A stretch of 64,000 bases of DNA from a virus (lineage: Duplodnaviria; Caudoviricetes): the IMG/VR virus record IMGVR_UViG_3300037601_000088, positions 1 through 64,000 of that record. The stretch is one strand, 5' to 3'. Shown here in pieces: positions 38,201-47,519 of the stretch; the first letter of the stretch is position 1, and every line of letters starts with the position of its first letter. Under the pieces are notes generated by a model, which worked only from the letters and a program-made list of their open reading frames with translations, did not search any database and was not told the DNA's origin. Position numbers and translations under genes: made by a program.

Positions 38201-41017
38201 AACCTGTACAGATGCAATTGTTAAAGAGTCTGGTGCTTTAATTGGTGTTCTTGGATTTTGTGAAGGAACACCTTGAGTAACATTAACATCGCCTTCTTTA
38301 GTTATTGATATTAAATCAATTCTAGGAAGATAGTATTCAACATCTGCCTGGAAATTTGTATCAGGCTCTACAAGATAGCTGCCTGTTCCAGTTATAATAA
38401 AGCTAGAATTTGCGATTGATGGGTTTACTGTAGCATTTGCAATTGATGTAGCACTATTCGCTGTATTGATTTTTTGCGGTCTAAAATCAACAAGATCCCT
38501 TACATCCTGCCCATTTAATGTTGGTATTTCACCAATTTCAATGTTTGTAGAATTTGAAGTATCTTCTGGGCCACGAATTGGGTAAGAATCAACGCTAAAG
38601 AAACCTATACCGGCGGCAGTGCTCGCCTCAAAATGATTCAATTTAACAAGAATTCTGGTGGACGACGTTATTTTATCCGCATAGATAGGATTTATAATTA
38701 GTTTTGCATGGCCATATTGTGTTGTGGTTTGTCCTGAATCAAGAATAAACCAAGACTTTCTGTCAGGATTTGTTTCAAGGTAATCAGTTCCAACATAAAC
38801 AGCGCTAAGTTTCGTAACGTCTGCAATGCCAAGATTGTACGGTCCAGTCGTACCAGCAGTAGAGCAATCAATTTTAACATATCTATCTTTCCTGATATTT
38901 TTTGTTTTTGCTGTAGCTTGAGTTCTAAGAACAGGATATGTTGCATAAACAGATTGTGTTCCTGAATCAAAAACATCAACATCGGTATCGACAGTAAATT
39001 GAGTATTACTTAAAACTTCAACTGTATTATTGGCGTTAGTTAAATCAAATATGTGACCCTGTGGGAAATATCTTTGATAAGTTACTGAAGAACCAGTTGT
39101 ATTTGCATTAACTGAAAGAGATGTACTATTTGCTATTGCTGTAATTCTACGAACATCTGCCGTTGAAGGAATACGTATATAATCACCGGCAGAAAAATCT
39201 GTATCAAAGGAAGTACCAGAACCAGTTGCAGTATTTCCTGAAAAAGTAATTGTTCCTGCCTGATTTGCGGAATATGCTTCCTGTGATAAAGCAATATCAT
39301 AACGAAGTTCATTAACTTCTGATAATACACCAACAGAATTATTTAGTCTATGAGAACCACCTGCATGAGGAGTATTAATTGTAACAGTTATTTGGCCATT
39401 AGCAGTTAAAGTAGCAGTTGTTCTATCTCTATAAACAAATTGAGTATCATTGACTCCGTTTAAATCAGTTAATCTTTTAATGCTTGTTAAGCCAGTGTCA
39501 AAAATTAATGAATTTAAAGAAGTATCCTTTAAGACAGCTTTGCTATTTTCTAATACTATATCAGCCTTAGCATGGCCGAAATCACCATTTTTGTAGATGG
39601 ATTTAACATCCTGGCTGAATGATTTACCAGAATTCATTTTAATATTAAAAAGATATAAGCGATATGTACAATCAGGAGTACCCTTAGTGCCTGAACTATA
39701 AATTATAGCTCTAACGTTTGCAGTACCTACGATTGATCCTGAAGGGGCTGCACCAGAACCTTCAACTTCCGATAAACAATTTTGGGCAGCATCATAAAGA
39801 TTAACTTCTCCAAAATCATCTGCATCAAAAGTACCAGCAACCTCATTCACGAATACATAATTACCGTAATTTGCCGTAACGATTTGTGCCTGAGATTCAG
39901 CAGTTTGTGTGGCGCGCGGTACTTCTACATCTTTAGTAGAAAGAAATTCTACTCTGTTTCCTTTAATATATGCAATACCAGAACCGACTTGATAAGTTAG
40001 TAATTCATTATTGGCATTTACTAGTGTTTCGACTGGGAAAGGCTTTTTTGTATAATCGCCAGACTCTTCAAATGTTCTTTTATTAATTTCATCACCGAGA
40101 CGATCATATGAAGCATCATTATGTTGTTCAACAACAGTGAAATCATTAAATTCTGCTACAGCAAAGAAAGAAGAATCTGCTGGAAGAGTTGTTCTATCAT
40201 AAGCTTTTAGAACTGGAGTTAATTTAAGCCTATCAGCTCCTGGAGCAGTGTTGTTTGGTTGGCCATTACTATTATCATATAGTTTTTCATCCTGAAGTGC
40301 AGTGATAATATCTTCATCTGTTTCAAACCCAATTATATAATTGGTTGTATTTGCATCATATTTTTTAACAACAGCGGTTTGTCTATCAACATTAATGTAA
40401 AAACCTTTCTGATAGATAATACCATCAGAACAAGTAACAGTATAACCACCACCTGTTGTTGAAGTTTCGGCGTTGGCAGTATAAGCAGATATTGTATCTA
40501 CTACATTATTAGCATCAAGAGTACCAAGTTTTGATTGATTATTACTATAAAGAGTAAGTGTTTCACCTGATATAAATTCGGTTATTTCATTGTTCGCTTC
40601 ATCATAACCAGACGAAATATAATTTACATAAACAACATTCGTATCAGGATATGTTGATTCATAACCTTTAACATTGAGAACTGGAACAGCTCTGACACCA
40701 TTATTAGATACGAGGATTGTATCTTCGCCAATTATATCTATTGTTGCTACTGTATTCGAATCAAACGTATTGTCTAAGCGAACAAATCTTTGATTTGAAT
40801 TATATGTAAGAGCAACACCATCAACAACAGAACCATCTTTAAATATATGGTCTGATATCTTACCTATTTGATTTTGAGAAATAGATTGTATTTCATTTAA
40901 TTCTCTTGTCTGTACAGAAACAGATGGTTTAAATAAAACTTTATTATAGTTATTCTCATCATCAAAGTCATTATAATAAGGAGACTGAGAAAGATCTGTT
41001 GTTAATTTAGTTGTCAT
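35276..41017 (-). CDS. Large baseplate/virion structural protein (DUF4815, VrlC-like)
   Basis: SPYY.DFD...NY.KVLFKP...VQ.RELNE.Q, APGADRLK, RTFEESGDY, YTMRDIG.L..RI..LEY..SL.LLE, RFKSG. Confidence 0.85.
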   Translation of the reverse strand: MTTKLTTDLSQSPYYNDFDDENNYNKVLFKPSVSVQTRELNEIQSISQNQIGKISDHIFKDGSVVDGVALTYNSNQRFVRLDNTFDSNTVATIDIIGEDTILVSNNGVRAVPVLNVKGYESTYPDTNVVYVNYISSGYDEANNEITEFISGETLTLYSNNQSKLGTLDANNVVDTISAYTANAETSTTGGGYTVTCSDGIIYQKGFYINVDRQTAVVKKYDANTTNYIIGFETDEDIITALQDEKLYDNSNGQPNNTAPGADRLKLTPVLKAYDRTTLPADSSFFAVAEFNDFTVVEQHNDASYDRLGDEINKRTFEESGDYTKKPFPVETLVNANNELLTYQVGSGIAYIKGNRVEFLSTKDVEVPRATQTAESQAQIVTANYGNYVFVNEVAGTFDADDFGEVNLYDAAQNCLSEVEGSGAAPSGSIVGTANVRAIIYSSGTKGTPDCTYRLYLFNIKMNSGKSFSQDVKSIYKNGDFGHAKADIVLENSKAVLKDTSLNSLIFDTGLTSIKRLTDLNGVNDTQFVYRDRTTATLTANGQITVTINTPHAGGSHRLNNSVGVLSEVNELRYDIALSQEAYSANQAGTITFSGNTATGSGTSFDTDFSAGDYIRIPSTADVRRITAIANSTSLSVNANTTGSSVTYQRYFPQGHIFDLTNANNTVEVLSNTQFTVDTDVDVFDSGTQSVYATYPVLRTQATAKTKNIRKDRYVKIDCSTAGTTGPYNLGIADVTKLSAVYVGTDYLETNPDRKSWFILDSGQTTTQYGHAKLIINPIYADKITSSTRILVKLNHFEASTAAGIGFFSVDSYPIRGPEDTSNSTNIEIGEIPTLNGQDVRDLVDFRPQKINTANSATSIANATVNPSIANSSFIITGTGSYLVEPDTNFQADVEYYLPRIDLISITKEGDVNVTQGVPSQNPRTPIKAPDSLTIASVQVPGYPSLSTREGEAYKRNDIKTKIELFKTRGYTMRDIGVLDRRITSLEYNSSLNLLEQSAKDLSIPDENGLDRFKSGIFANPFISHNLGRVNDVEYKIAIDETNAVARPFFDKHTIDYKYSTSLSSGVQVTGSIITRPYTTAVMASQPYATKIRNCTESFWKWHGQLNLYPEFDHHRDEELIPAVNIELDMATPWEEFAQTPFAMTFGDWRTTASQTDVIGRNTNNFGAGITTTTTTRTTSTQQRTNQGLQVDVTSREYNLGSFVKDVSSNPYIRSRVIAFAVTGLKPNSRYYTFFDKVNVSEHSAPGELSGQNDFLQGQENQIINRTGDYGDDIVSDASGNVYGVFRIPQNEFRVGDREFIIANVDNIVTSPEAATSSAKAIYTASNLAVTSQNIDITTREPSISTATNIETNTTTSINSRSTTTWFPPPQNNFNIQNEDSGDEGGRDPLAHSFLTVSPGSPTLFIPQIGLYFRDKDETLGMNVYLMEMSYNFPDSSKIIAKAHLKASDINTSTDASVETIFTFENIVPLASNKYYCYQVKPDGNSPNYTIWMSAIGQNDINTGQQVFSNPYMGVTFISANEMTYTPIQTEDPKVNIYRAVFTTGTGSAYFENEDDDYFTVDGINRANSSISPLPGDIVYTANSTAVAQTGNTDPVGYIQLVDDANDKLILDLSSGGFSANDDIQIHRPFMNNQSVINANTLVATATIDSVDNEQYSMVVPRFATLSPSFTSLTFGFKGTDTSYNIDGTFETVTEETENEFFDKMRIAVSKSNEETEMSGNKSSTYKIDLNTGNDYVSPMIDMVRKSSYHIENIINNDNTNEHTRYGNALTKYISPQITLKDGQDAEDIQIYIGGYKPPTTEIEVYVKFLNGEDGESIDDKVWTKLNYTSGETLFSSTANPQDFREFVYGVPSTAPVTNGAFLNENNFNIIEYQDTSDGIFVGFKSFMVKVVLLSESKLIVPRLTDARAICLQV

Positions 41018-42434
41018 CTTGACCGTTAAGTATTAGTTTAAAACTTTCTAATGTATAAAGACTGCGATCAATTCCATTTTCATGTTTTACTGAATAAAGT
41101 ATTGTTCCGGAACTAACTTCTACATCACTGTCTTGTATAATATTTATAGTAGAAGAAACGTTACTTTCATTTGTTATTGTTTCGCCATTTGAAAAAGTAC
41201 CGACTGTATCATTTACAGCTATATGAGTAGAATTTGAGTAATATACATATGCAGTTGCATTCGACGTTCCACCGGTGATGTGATCATCGACAGAATATGT
41301 ATTAGAAACGCCTAAAAGAATTCCATAGTTAGCTGTATTTTGTTGGCTGCTATCGGTATTTGCCCCGTAGACCAAATGTGTGGAATAGTAATCAAGATCA
41401 TTTGGTAATAAATCTGATACTGTATTTGCAAATTCAACAACAATAACAGAAGTATTGCTATTCAATTCTTGAGAAACATTAACACCATGTCCTGATCTAG
41501 GAGCATTTTTTATATCAAAGGCTGTATTTGCCCCAGTATTATTTGCTGTTGTTATTGTTATTGATGGATTAATATAGCCTGAACCTGTATTTGCTACAAC
41601 AATTTCATCAATTTCATTATTTGAATTAACTGTAGTATAACCCTCAAAACCAGTTCCTTCCCTATCAGAGATAGTTACTTTAGGGCCAATAATATATTCG
41701 CTATCTGTAGATACAGATACATTTGAAGAAAATTCAATGTATTTGCCAGTTGTGTTTGCGAAATGATTATCGATTGATCTTATAAGGCCTAATCCTGTTC
41801 CATTAGTCACATTAAATGAAGATCCATTATAATAATCAGCAGTATTTGAGGCGCTATCATCTAATTTTAAAATTCTATTACTTATAACTTGTTTAATCGT
41901 TCCAGTATTATATGCTAAAAAGTTTGAACCCCCATCAACAACATCTATATGATCAATAGATCCTGAAACAGTATTTGATACAACATTTGCATTATTTTTA
42001 ACTGGAATATATTCATCAGTAGCAAATTTTAAAAGATCTGCGCTTGTAACAGTAAACATATATTTCCAGACATAACCATCAGATGTTTGGAAAGGTGTAT
42101 TTGAAACTCCAGTTGGTTGAACTGTGCTTTCAACTCCATTATTATTTGAAATACATAAGTAAACTTGTCTTGACGAATTAATTACATGAAAATCATTATT
42201 ATCTTTATTTTTATAATTATTATAAACTGTTCCAGAAGTCCAATTATTTCTTTTTACAACTGGGTAATAATCTTCTTCTTTGACTTTTTTACCAAAAATG
42301 AAATTTCTTTTTGTTAAATCATCTGACCTATTATTGGCAAAATCTTTATGATCACCGATAACAACGTGTAAATGTTCTAAACCAGTATTACTGGAGACAA
42401 TCATATCAGTTAAAAGTTGTGGTATGTATTTCAT
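41007..42434 (-). CDS. gp8: Baseplate wedge subunit
   Basis: R.NWTSGTVY, VY.CISNN.G..ST..P, DGYVWKYMF, GHG. Confidence 0.85.
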   Translation of the reverse strand: MKYIPQLLTDMIVSSNTGLEHLHVVIGDHKDFANNRSDDLTKRNFIFGKKVKEEDYYPVVKRNNWTSGTVYNNYKNKDNNDFHVINSSRQVYLCISNNNGVESTVQPTGVSNTPFQTSDGYVWKYMFTVTSADLLKFATDEYIPVKNNANVVSNTVSGSIDHIDVVDGGSNFLAYNTGTIKQVISNRILKLDDSASNTADYYNGSSFNVTNGTGLGLIRSIDNHFANTTGKYIEFSSNVSVSTDSEYIIGPKVTISDREGTGFEGYTTVNSNNEIDEIVVANTGSGYINPSITITTANNTGANTAFDIKNAPRSGHGVNVSQELNSNTSVIVVEFANTVSDLLPNDLDYYSTHLVYGANTDSSQQNTANYGILLGVSNTYSVDDHITGGTSNATAYVYYSNSTHIAVNDTVGTFSNGETITNESNVSSTINIIQDSDVEVSSGTILYSVKHENGIDRSLYTLESFKLILNGQDDN

Positions 42435-42442
42435 TAAAATAT

Positions 42443-44005
42443 TTATACTTCGGTAAATGACATGCTGGAAGAAATCTTATTTGTGGTTTCACTTTCGTTT
42501 TCACTTATATAATTACCAAACATTCTTGATCCTACGGGATGATGTATTTTCTTTAAAATATTCTCGTATTTGTTAAATGGTATAGTTGATCGAATATCAT
42601 ATGAGAAATCTTGATAATAATTACTATCGATTAAAAATTTATTATCACTCAGAAAACCATTTCTATCCTTATAATATCCTGCAGTATGACCGATAGGGGC
42701 TAAAACGAGATTTCCCACTACAGATTTAATTCCGTCAGTAAGGTTGATAGGATCCCCGTTATTATATCCGAGTAAACTATCCTGAACTGATATCTCAGTT
42801 GCTCTATTTGATCCAAATGAAGGGTTTGCGATCCCGAGAGCATTATTTCCTAGAATTGTATCATCGTCCTCATCAACAAAACCAAGTGTTGAAACAACTG
42901 TATCAACAAATTCTATATCGGCAATATTTTCATATCCGGTTCCATCATTTAATGTATTAATCGATGAAATAAATCCAACATCATAATCAGAATAACTTAA
43001 TGTATCCTCAAGTATGGTTGTTGAATCAGTGGTAATATTTGCATTCATTCCATAATCAGCTGCATTTAAATTAGTGTTTGCATAAGGAGCAATTAATATA
43101 GGTGATAATGATAATGTACCGGTTGGTGTAATAACTGGTACGAATTCAGCATCAGAACCAGGATGACCTACATCTCTTTTTACAAGTGCTGTTTCAGTAA
43201 ATTCTGTCGTATAACCAGAACCTTGATTTACTATACTCGGCGATAGAACACCAGCAACAGTATTTGGATCTACATTTGTAATGGTAAATCTCAATCTTTC
43301 ATCATCTTCATCCCATACAACATCACCTTTAGAAAAACCATTGTTTGAAAAGGTAACTCCTACTTTACTTACAGACCCAAGTATCTTAGGAGAATTTTTT
43401 AATTCTGAATAATCTGAATAAATTCTTTCATAAAGAGTAAATGTGCCTGATATATTTGAAAGATAAAGAACAAAATTTTTTCTTCCATTATAAATGATTT
43501 GAGAATAGGCCTGAACATAAGCTGTTGCACCAGATATTTCACCGTTTATAACTTTGCCTTCCAGGGATGAATTTATTTCTTTATTTTCAATTTCAAAGTA
43601 CTGATCAATTGTCCAATCGCCAGAGGAAGTCGTAAAAATATCATCCCTGGGAAGATAGAGTTTTGGCTTTTCATTATAAAGAAGCTGAAAAAGTACTTTT
43701 AACCCATCAATGGATCCTTTAGATCTATAGATGTCTAGAATATGTTTTTGTAGAAGTCTTTGATTTCCCAATATCTCATTTGGTACATTAACCATATATT
43801 GTTTTCTAAAAAATTCTAAAAAACCGTCTGGCGTTTTATCGATATCTAATACATCCAAGAAACCTATTTCAGATGTATTGAGATTTTCCTCTTTCATCCA
43901 TTTGTAATAGACTTCCACAAATGCAATAAAAGAAGGACCAAATTCTGAATAGAATTCTGGAAATTGTGTTTCTACTTGTGTATGAACGTCAGTTAAATTT
44001 AACAA
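42443..44005 (-). CDS. gp7: Baseplate wedge initiator
   Basis: QFPEF, F...YY.W, KHI.D.YRSKGS, LFQLLYNE, DS.YYQDFSY, HPVG.RMFG. Confidence 0.75.
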   Translation of the reverse strand: MLNLTDVHTQVETQFPEFYSEFGPSFIAFVEVYYKWMKEENLNTSEIGFLDVLDIDKTPDGFLEFFRKQYMVNVPNEILGNQRLLQKHILDIYRSKGSIDGLKVLFQLLYNEKPKLYLPRDDIFTTSSGDWTIDQYFEIENKEINSSLEGKVINGEISGATAYVQAYSQIIYNGRKNFVLYLSNISGTFTLYERIYSDYSELKNSPKILGSVSKVGVTFSNNGFSKGDVVWDEDDERLRFTITNVDPNTVAGVLSPSIVNQGSGYTTEFTETALVKRDVGHPGSDAEFVPVITPTGTLSLSPILIAPYANTNLNAADYGMNANITTDSTTILEDTLSYSDYDVGFISSINTLNDGTGYENIADIEFVDTVVSTLGFVDEDDDTILGNNALGIANPSFGSNRATEISVQDSLLGYNNGDPINLTDGIKSVVGNLVLAPIGHTAGYYKDRNGFLSDNKFLIDSNYYQDFSYDIRSTIPFNKYENILKKIHHPVGSRMFGNYISENESETTNKISSSMSFTEV

Positions 44006-45750
44006 TTTTCGTATGTAAATGTAAATTGAGATGAATCGAGTATAATAAACTTATTGTTTGTTACACAAATATTCCTAGATGATGGATATGAATAAAGGTT
44101 TATGTGAGAACCATTAAAAGATTGGACTGGGAGAGTAAAGGAAACTGATCCTTTATCATAATCAATAGTTCCAATTGATTTTAATATAACTTCTTCACCA
44201 TTTGAAATATAGGAAATATTTAATTGACCTAATCCATTATCTTTAATTCTAACGGAATAAATTATATCATCATCGTCTCTATAAGAGAAATAATCTGAAA
44301 CGAAAGTACCTTTTTGAAGGTTTTTTACAAATGATAAAGACCATGTTGTATTTTGATTTAATACAGGAATAATTCTTTTAATGAGAGTTGCTCGTGTATC
44401 ATTTGATTGAATTGCTTTATCAACAGAGTTTATGTCTTCTTCAATTCTAGATAAATAAACTTCTTGATTAAATTGATTGTTTGTAATTGTATTATATTCA
44501 ACAAGTTTATTTGTGATAAGTGAAGATAATTCATTTGCCGAATTTTGAGTAGCAGAAGAATCATAAAGAATATTTGTATTAAATCCTACATAATAATAAT
44601 CCAATGGAGATACTCGGGTTTTAACCATGAAATTTTTATTTCTAATTGTTTCTTTAATATCATCAATTAGAGTATTGGGTAAAAATTCTGAACCCTGGAC
44701 CTTTACCGATAAAATTACAGTGTTAAAAACATTAATTTCTTCTCCATCAAAAACATTAATAGCCTCAATTTCAGGAAACTTCGCTAGGAGAAGTGCAGAA
44801 TAATCGTTTTTAGCTATCGCTCTATCTTGTGCAGAAAAATATCTTGGTGCGATATATTTAATTCTGTTATTTGATTCTCTATCGGAACCACCATAAGATC
44901 TAGTTTGCGTAGACACCGTTATATTGGAATAGCCCTGAATTGCGGAGCCTTTAGTAAATCCAGTTAAATTATTTGCATTTGTACCAATTGTATCTCTATA
45001 TGTAACTTTAACTGTTTGATTATTTGAGAGAGCTTTACCAAATATACCATCACCAAATACTAATTGATATTGATTTTCTCCGAAAGCTTGAATAAAATAT
45101 ATTTCTGAACTACCATCAATATTAAAAATATTATCTATTTTTTTATATTTTGTTTCGATTTCATTTTCTACAATATATACTTCAATTGAATTAATATCTA
45201 TATTTTCTGATTGAAGAACAAAATCACTCGTATATGTCGTAATTCTATTTGATGTTGAAGAAACAATATCAAAAAATTCAGTAACCAAAAGACCTTCATG
45301 AACAGTTATATTATTGGCTACATAATTTCCATTATTATTTTTAATCACATAAGATTGATCCGTCAGAAAATCATATGTAGTACCATTAAAAGAACTTTTA
45401 AAGGCATAATTTTTAGGAATTGTAATTGTATCAGGAGCATCGCCAGGAGAAACACTTATATCTATAACCGCCTTTGCACTTGTTGCACTTGACGGCGTAT
45501 AATTAAGCTCTTTTGCTATAGAAACAATCGATGATCTTAATTGAGCAGAATCTAAAAATGCCTCTGAACCAATCATATTTTGGTAATGAAGCTGAAAAGA
45601 CGTATTTTGTATTAAAACATCTAAAAGAGCTGATAAATTTGATGCTTCAAAATTATAATCTTTAAACCTATCTTGACCTTGCAGATAGGTTATGAAAGAT
45701 TGTTTTAATAATGCAGGAGAAACATCCTGAAAAGAAAGTGTGCTAGCCAT
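43999..45750 (-). CDS. gp6: Baseplate wedge subunit
   Basis: FKDYNFE.S.L..L.D.L, EAFLDSA.LR.S.VS.AK.L.Y.P.S, FGDG.FGK, APR.FS.Q.RA....DY. Confidence 0.93.
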   Translation of the reverse strand: MASTLSFQDVSPALLKQSFITYLQGQDRFKDYNFEASNLSALLDVLIQNTSFQLHYQNMIGSEAFLDSAQLRSSIVSIAKELNYTPSSATSAKAVIDISVSPGDAPDTITIPKNYAFKSSFNGTTYDFLTDQSYVIKNNNGNYVANNITVHEGLLVTEFFDIVSSTSNRITTYTSDFVLQSENIDINSIEVYIVENEIETKYKKIDNIFNIDGSSEIYFIQAFGENQYQLVFGDGIFGKALSNNQTVKVTYRDTIGTNANNLTGFTKGSAIQGYSNITVSTQTRSYGGSDRESNNRIKYIAPRYFSAQDRAIAKNDYSALLLAKFPEIEAINVFDGEEINVFNTVILSVKVQGSEFLPNTLIDDIKETIRNKNFMVKTRVSPLDYYYVGFNTNILYDSSATQNSANELSSLITNKLVEYNTITNNQFNQEVYLSRIEEDINSVDKAIQSNDTRATLIKRIIPVLNQNTTWSLSFVKNLQKGTFVSDYFSYRDDDDIIYSVRIKDNGLGQLNISYISNGEEVILKSIGTIDYDKGSVSFTLPVQSFNGSHINLYSYPSSRNICVTNNKFIILDSSQFTFTYENC

Positions 45751-45755
45751 ATAAT

Positions 45756-45799
45756 TATTTATATTAGCTGTTTACAAACACATTTTTTTGCGGTATAAA
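45756..45799. promoter_or_regulatory. Back-to-back late (- strand) and early (+ strand) promoters
   Basis: tatttata 45756-45763; TTTACA 45771-45776; TATAAA 45794-45799. Confidence 0.7.
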
Positions 45800-45828
45800 C
45801 AAACCACATTCAGCCAAGGGGCTTAGTT

Positions 45829-46158
45829 ATGACTAACATAGTGACCAAAGAAAAATTGAATGAAATGCTTAATAACGAAGAGATTCGTATGCGTGTAATT
45901 GGTCGTGCACTTGTTCATCTTCGTAATCGTCAGACTCAAGATGAACAAATTGAAGAGAAAACAAAACATTCAAACCTTCGTGGGTTTCAGCCTGCAGATG
46001 CTCGTATGGGAACTTCTATGGCTTCTTATTATGAACGGTTTGGTAAGCTATCTGAAAAACAACAGTCATACTGGATGATTCGCAATTGTAAAGGAACAAT
46101 GCGTCTATCTAAATATTGGCGCCAACTTGATGAAGAAGCCAAGAAAAAAGTTTCGTAA
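45829..46158 (+). CDS. Conserved phage hypothetical protein
   Basis: RAL..L..RQT.DE......T...N..GF..ADA, LS.KQ, KYWRQL. Confidence 0.75.
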   Translation: MTNIVTKEKLNEMLNNEEIRMRVIGRALVHLRNRQTQDEQIEEKTKHSNLRGFQPADARMGTSMASYYERFGKLSEKQQSYWMIRNCKGTMRLSKYWRQLDEEAKKKVS

Positions 46159-46216
46159 AAAATTTATATGGGTTTTACAAGCCTGAAATAATCACCAAAC
46201 TAAAGGAGATTAGATA

Positions 46217-46621
46217 ATGTACAATTATAGTGATGAACTTTATAGTGATTACCACAAAGATGCTTATGGAAATCGCCCGGGTGTGTATGGCATGAAGCGT
46301 TGGAATTCCATGACGCCTGATCAAAAGCAACAAGAATGGGATCGTCTTGGAGTAGCTTTTGCAGATTCTCAAGAGCAAGAACGGCTTGAAAAAGAACGTG
46401 CTCTCACTAACTTTCACAATTCTATTCAGGATATAATGGAAGCGGGCGCAGACGATTATGAAACAGCCATCCGTTGGATGACAGATGGTGAAGTTTTTCA
46501 TAATTCACAATGTATTGATCAATGGGTTTGGGAATTGGGTCTTCTTTTTACCGATACTGGAAAAGAAATCATTAAAATTTTGAATAATCAAATGGGTTGG
46601 AAATATTTTCATCATTACTAA
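46217..46621 (+). CDS. Conserved phage hypothetical protein
   Basis: SDYHKDAYG.RP, GA.D.ETA.RW; AAGGAG SD. Confidence 0.75.
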   Translation: MYNYSDELYSDYHKDAYGNRPGVYGMKRWNSMTPDQKQQEWDRLGVAFADSQEQERLEKERALTNFHNSIQDIMEAGADDYETAIRWMTDGEVFHNSQCIDQWVWELGLLFTDTGKEIIKILNNQMGWKYFHHY

Positions 46622-46630
46622 AAAAGTATG

Positions 46631-46659
46631 TTTACTTCTGTTATTTTTTAATGTATAAA
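46631..46659 (+). promoter_or_regulatory. Early promoter TTTACT-17-TATAAA
   Basis: Same spacing and flanks as other early promoters. Confidence 0.6.
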
Positions 46660-46728
46660 ATAATCGAAGCTAGATGTGCATTTCTCAGGAAACTGGTGGA
46701 AACTTTAACTTAAGAGAGGATTTATGTT

Positions 46729-46971
46729 ATGATTACCGAGATTGAACTTGTTAAATACCCGAATCTAAATAAATTTAGTATCCTTGTAAATGAAGAAGAA
46801 GGAAGGGATTTTTCATATGATCCAAATGTTAATAATAGTTACGATGTTGCTCGAGCAATGGCTATTTCATTTTTTATTGGATTAGCAGAAGGAATTGAAA
46901 AGGGTGGTTCTACCTGTCAAATTCTAAATGAATGTAATGAAGATGAATTTGACATTCCGGAAATTCAGTGA
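46729..46971 (+). CDS. Hypothetical protein (paralog group)
   Basis: GAGG SD; AISFFIG...GI motif. Confidence 0.65.
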   Translation: MITEIELVKYPNLNKFSILVNEEEGRDFSYDPNVNNSYDVARAMAISFFIGLAEGIEKGGSTCQILNECNEDEFDIPEIQ

Positions 46972-46984
46972 AAGGAATTATATC

Positions 46985-47245
46985 ATGACTAAAAAAATTG
47001 AAAAAATTGAGTTTGTGAAAAATATTTCCACAAATGAATTTGTTTATATCGCTGATGATAAAATTATATGGAAATTGCCCATTGTAAATGGAGTAAATGA
47101 TAATATCAATATGATTGCGGCAATTTCTTTTTTTGTTGGCATAATTAAAGGAATTCTTTTGTTTCAGGATAATATTTTTGTTCTGAATGTCAAAGATGAA
47201 AATGATCAATATATCATTCGAGACACTTATTGGAAGGATATTTAA
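46985..47245 (+). CDS. Hypothetical protein (paralog group)
   Basis: Start 46985 after AAGGA; AISFFVG...GI motif. Confidence 0.6.
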   Translation: MTKKIEKIEFVKNISTNEFVYIADDKIIWKLPIVNGVNDNINMIAAISFFVGIIKGILLFQDNIFVLNVKDENDQYIIRDTYWKDI

Positions 47246-47246
47246 C

Positions 47247-47519
47247 ATGAAACAGGGAAAATTTCATGTTCAGGTTCGGGATAATTCATCTAAAAATGAA
47301 TATATTGTAAAAGTTTTTAAATTTCAGGACGATTATTTAGGTGAATGGTTAAAATTTAGTGAAAAATTTTATCCATATTTAATTGAAAGTGAAAGTATTT
47401 CTTCTGTTGATGCCGGAGTAAGCAAGGCTATAACTAGAAAAACTTCAATTGAATATACATTGGGCTTTATTGATTCGTTGAAATCTTTAAATCATGAAGT
47501 TACAGTAAGCTTAGCTTAA
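47247..47519 (+). CDS. Hypothetical protein
   Basis: Start 47247 after AAGGA. Confidence 0.6.
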   Translation: MKQGKFHVQVRDNSSKNEYIVKVFKFQDDYLGEWLKFSEKFYPYLIESESISSVDAGVSKAITRKTSIEYTLGFIDSLKSLNHEVTVSLA

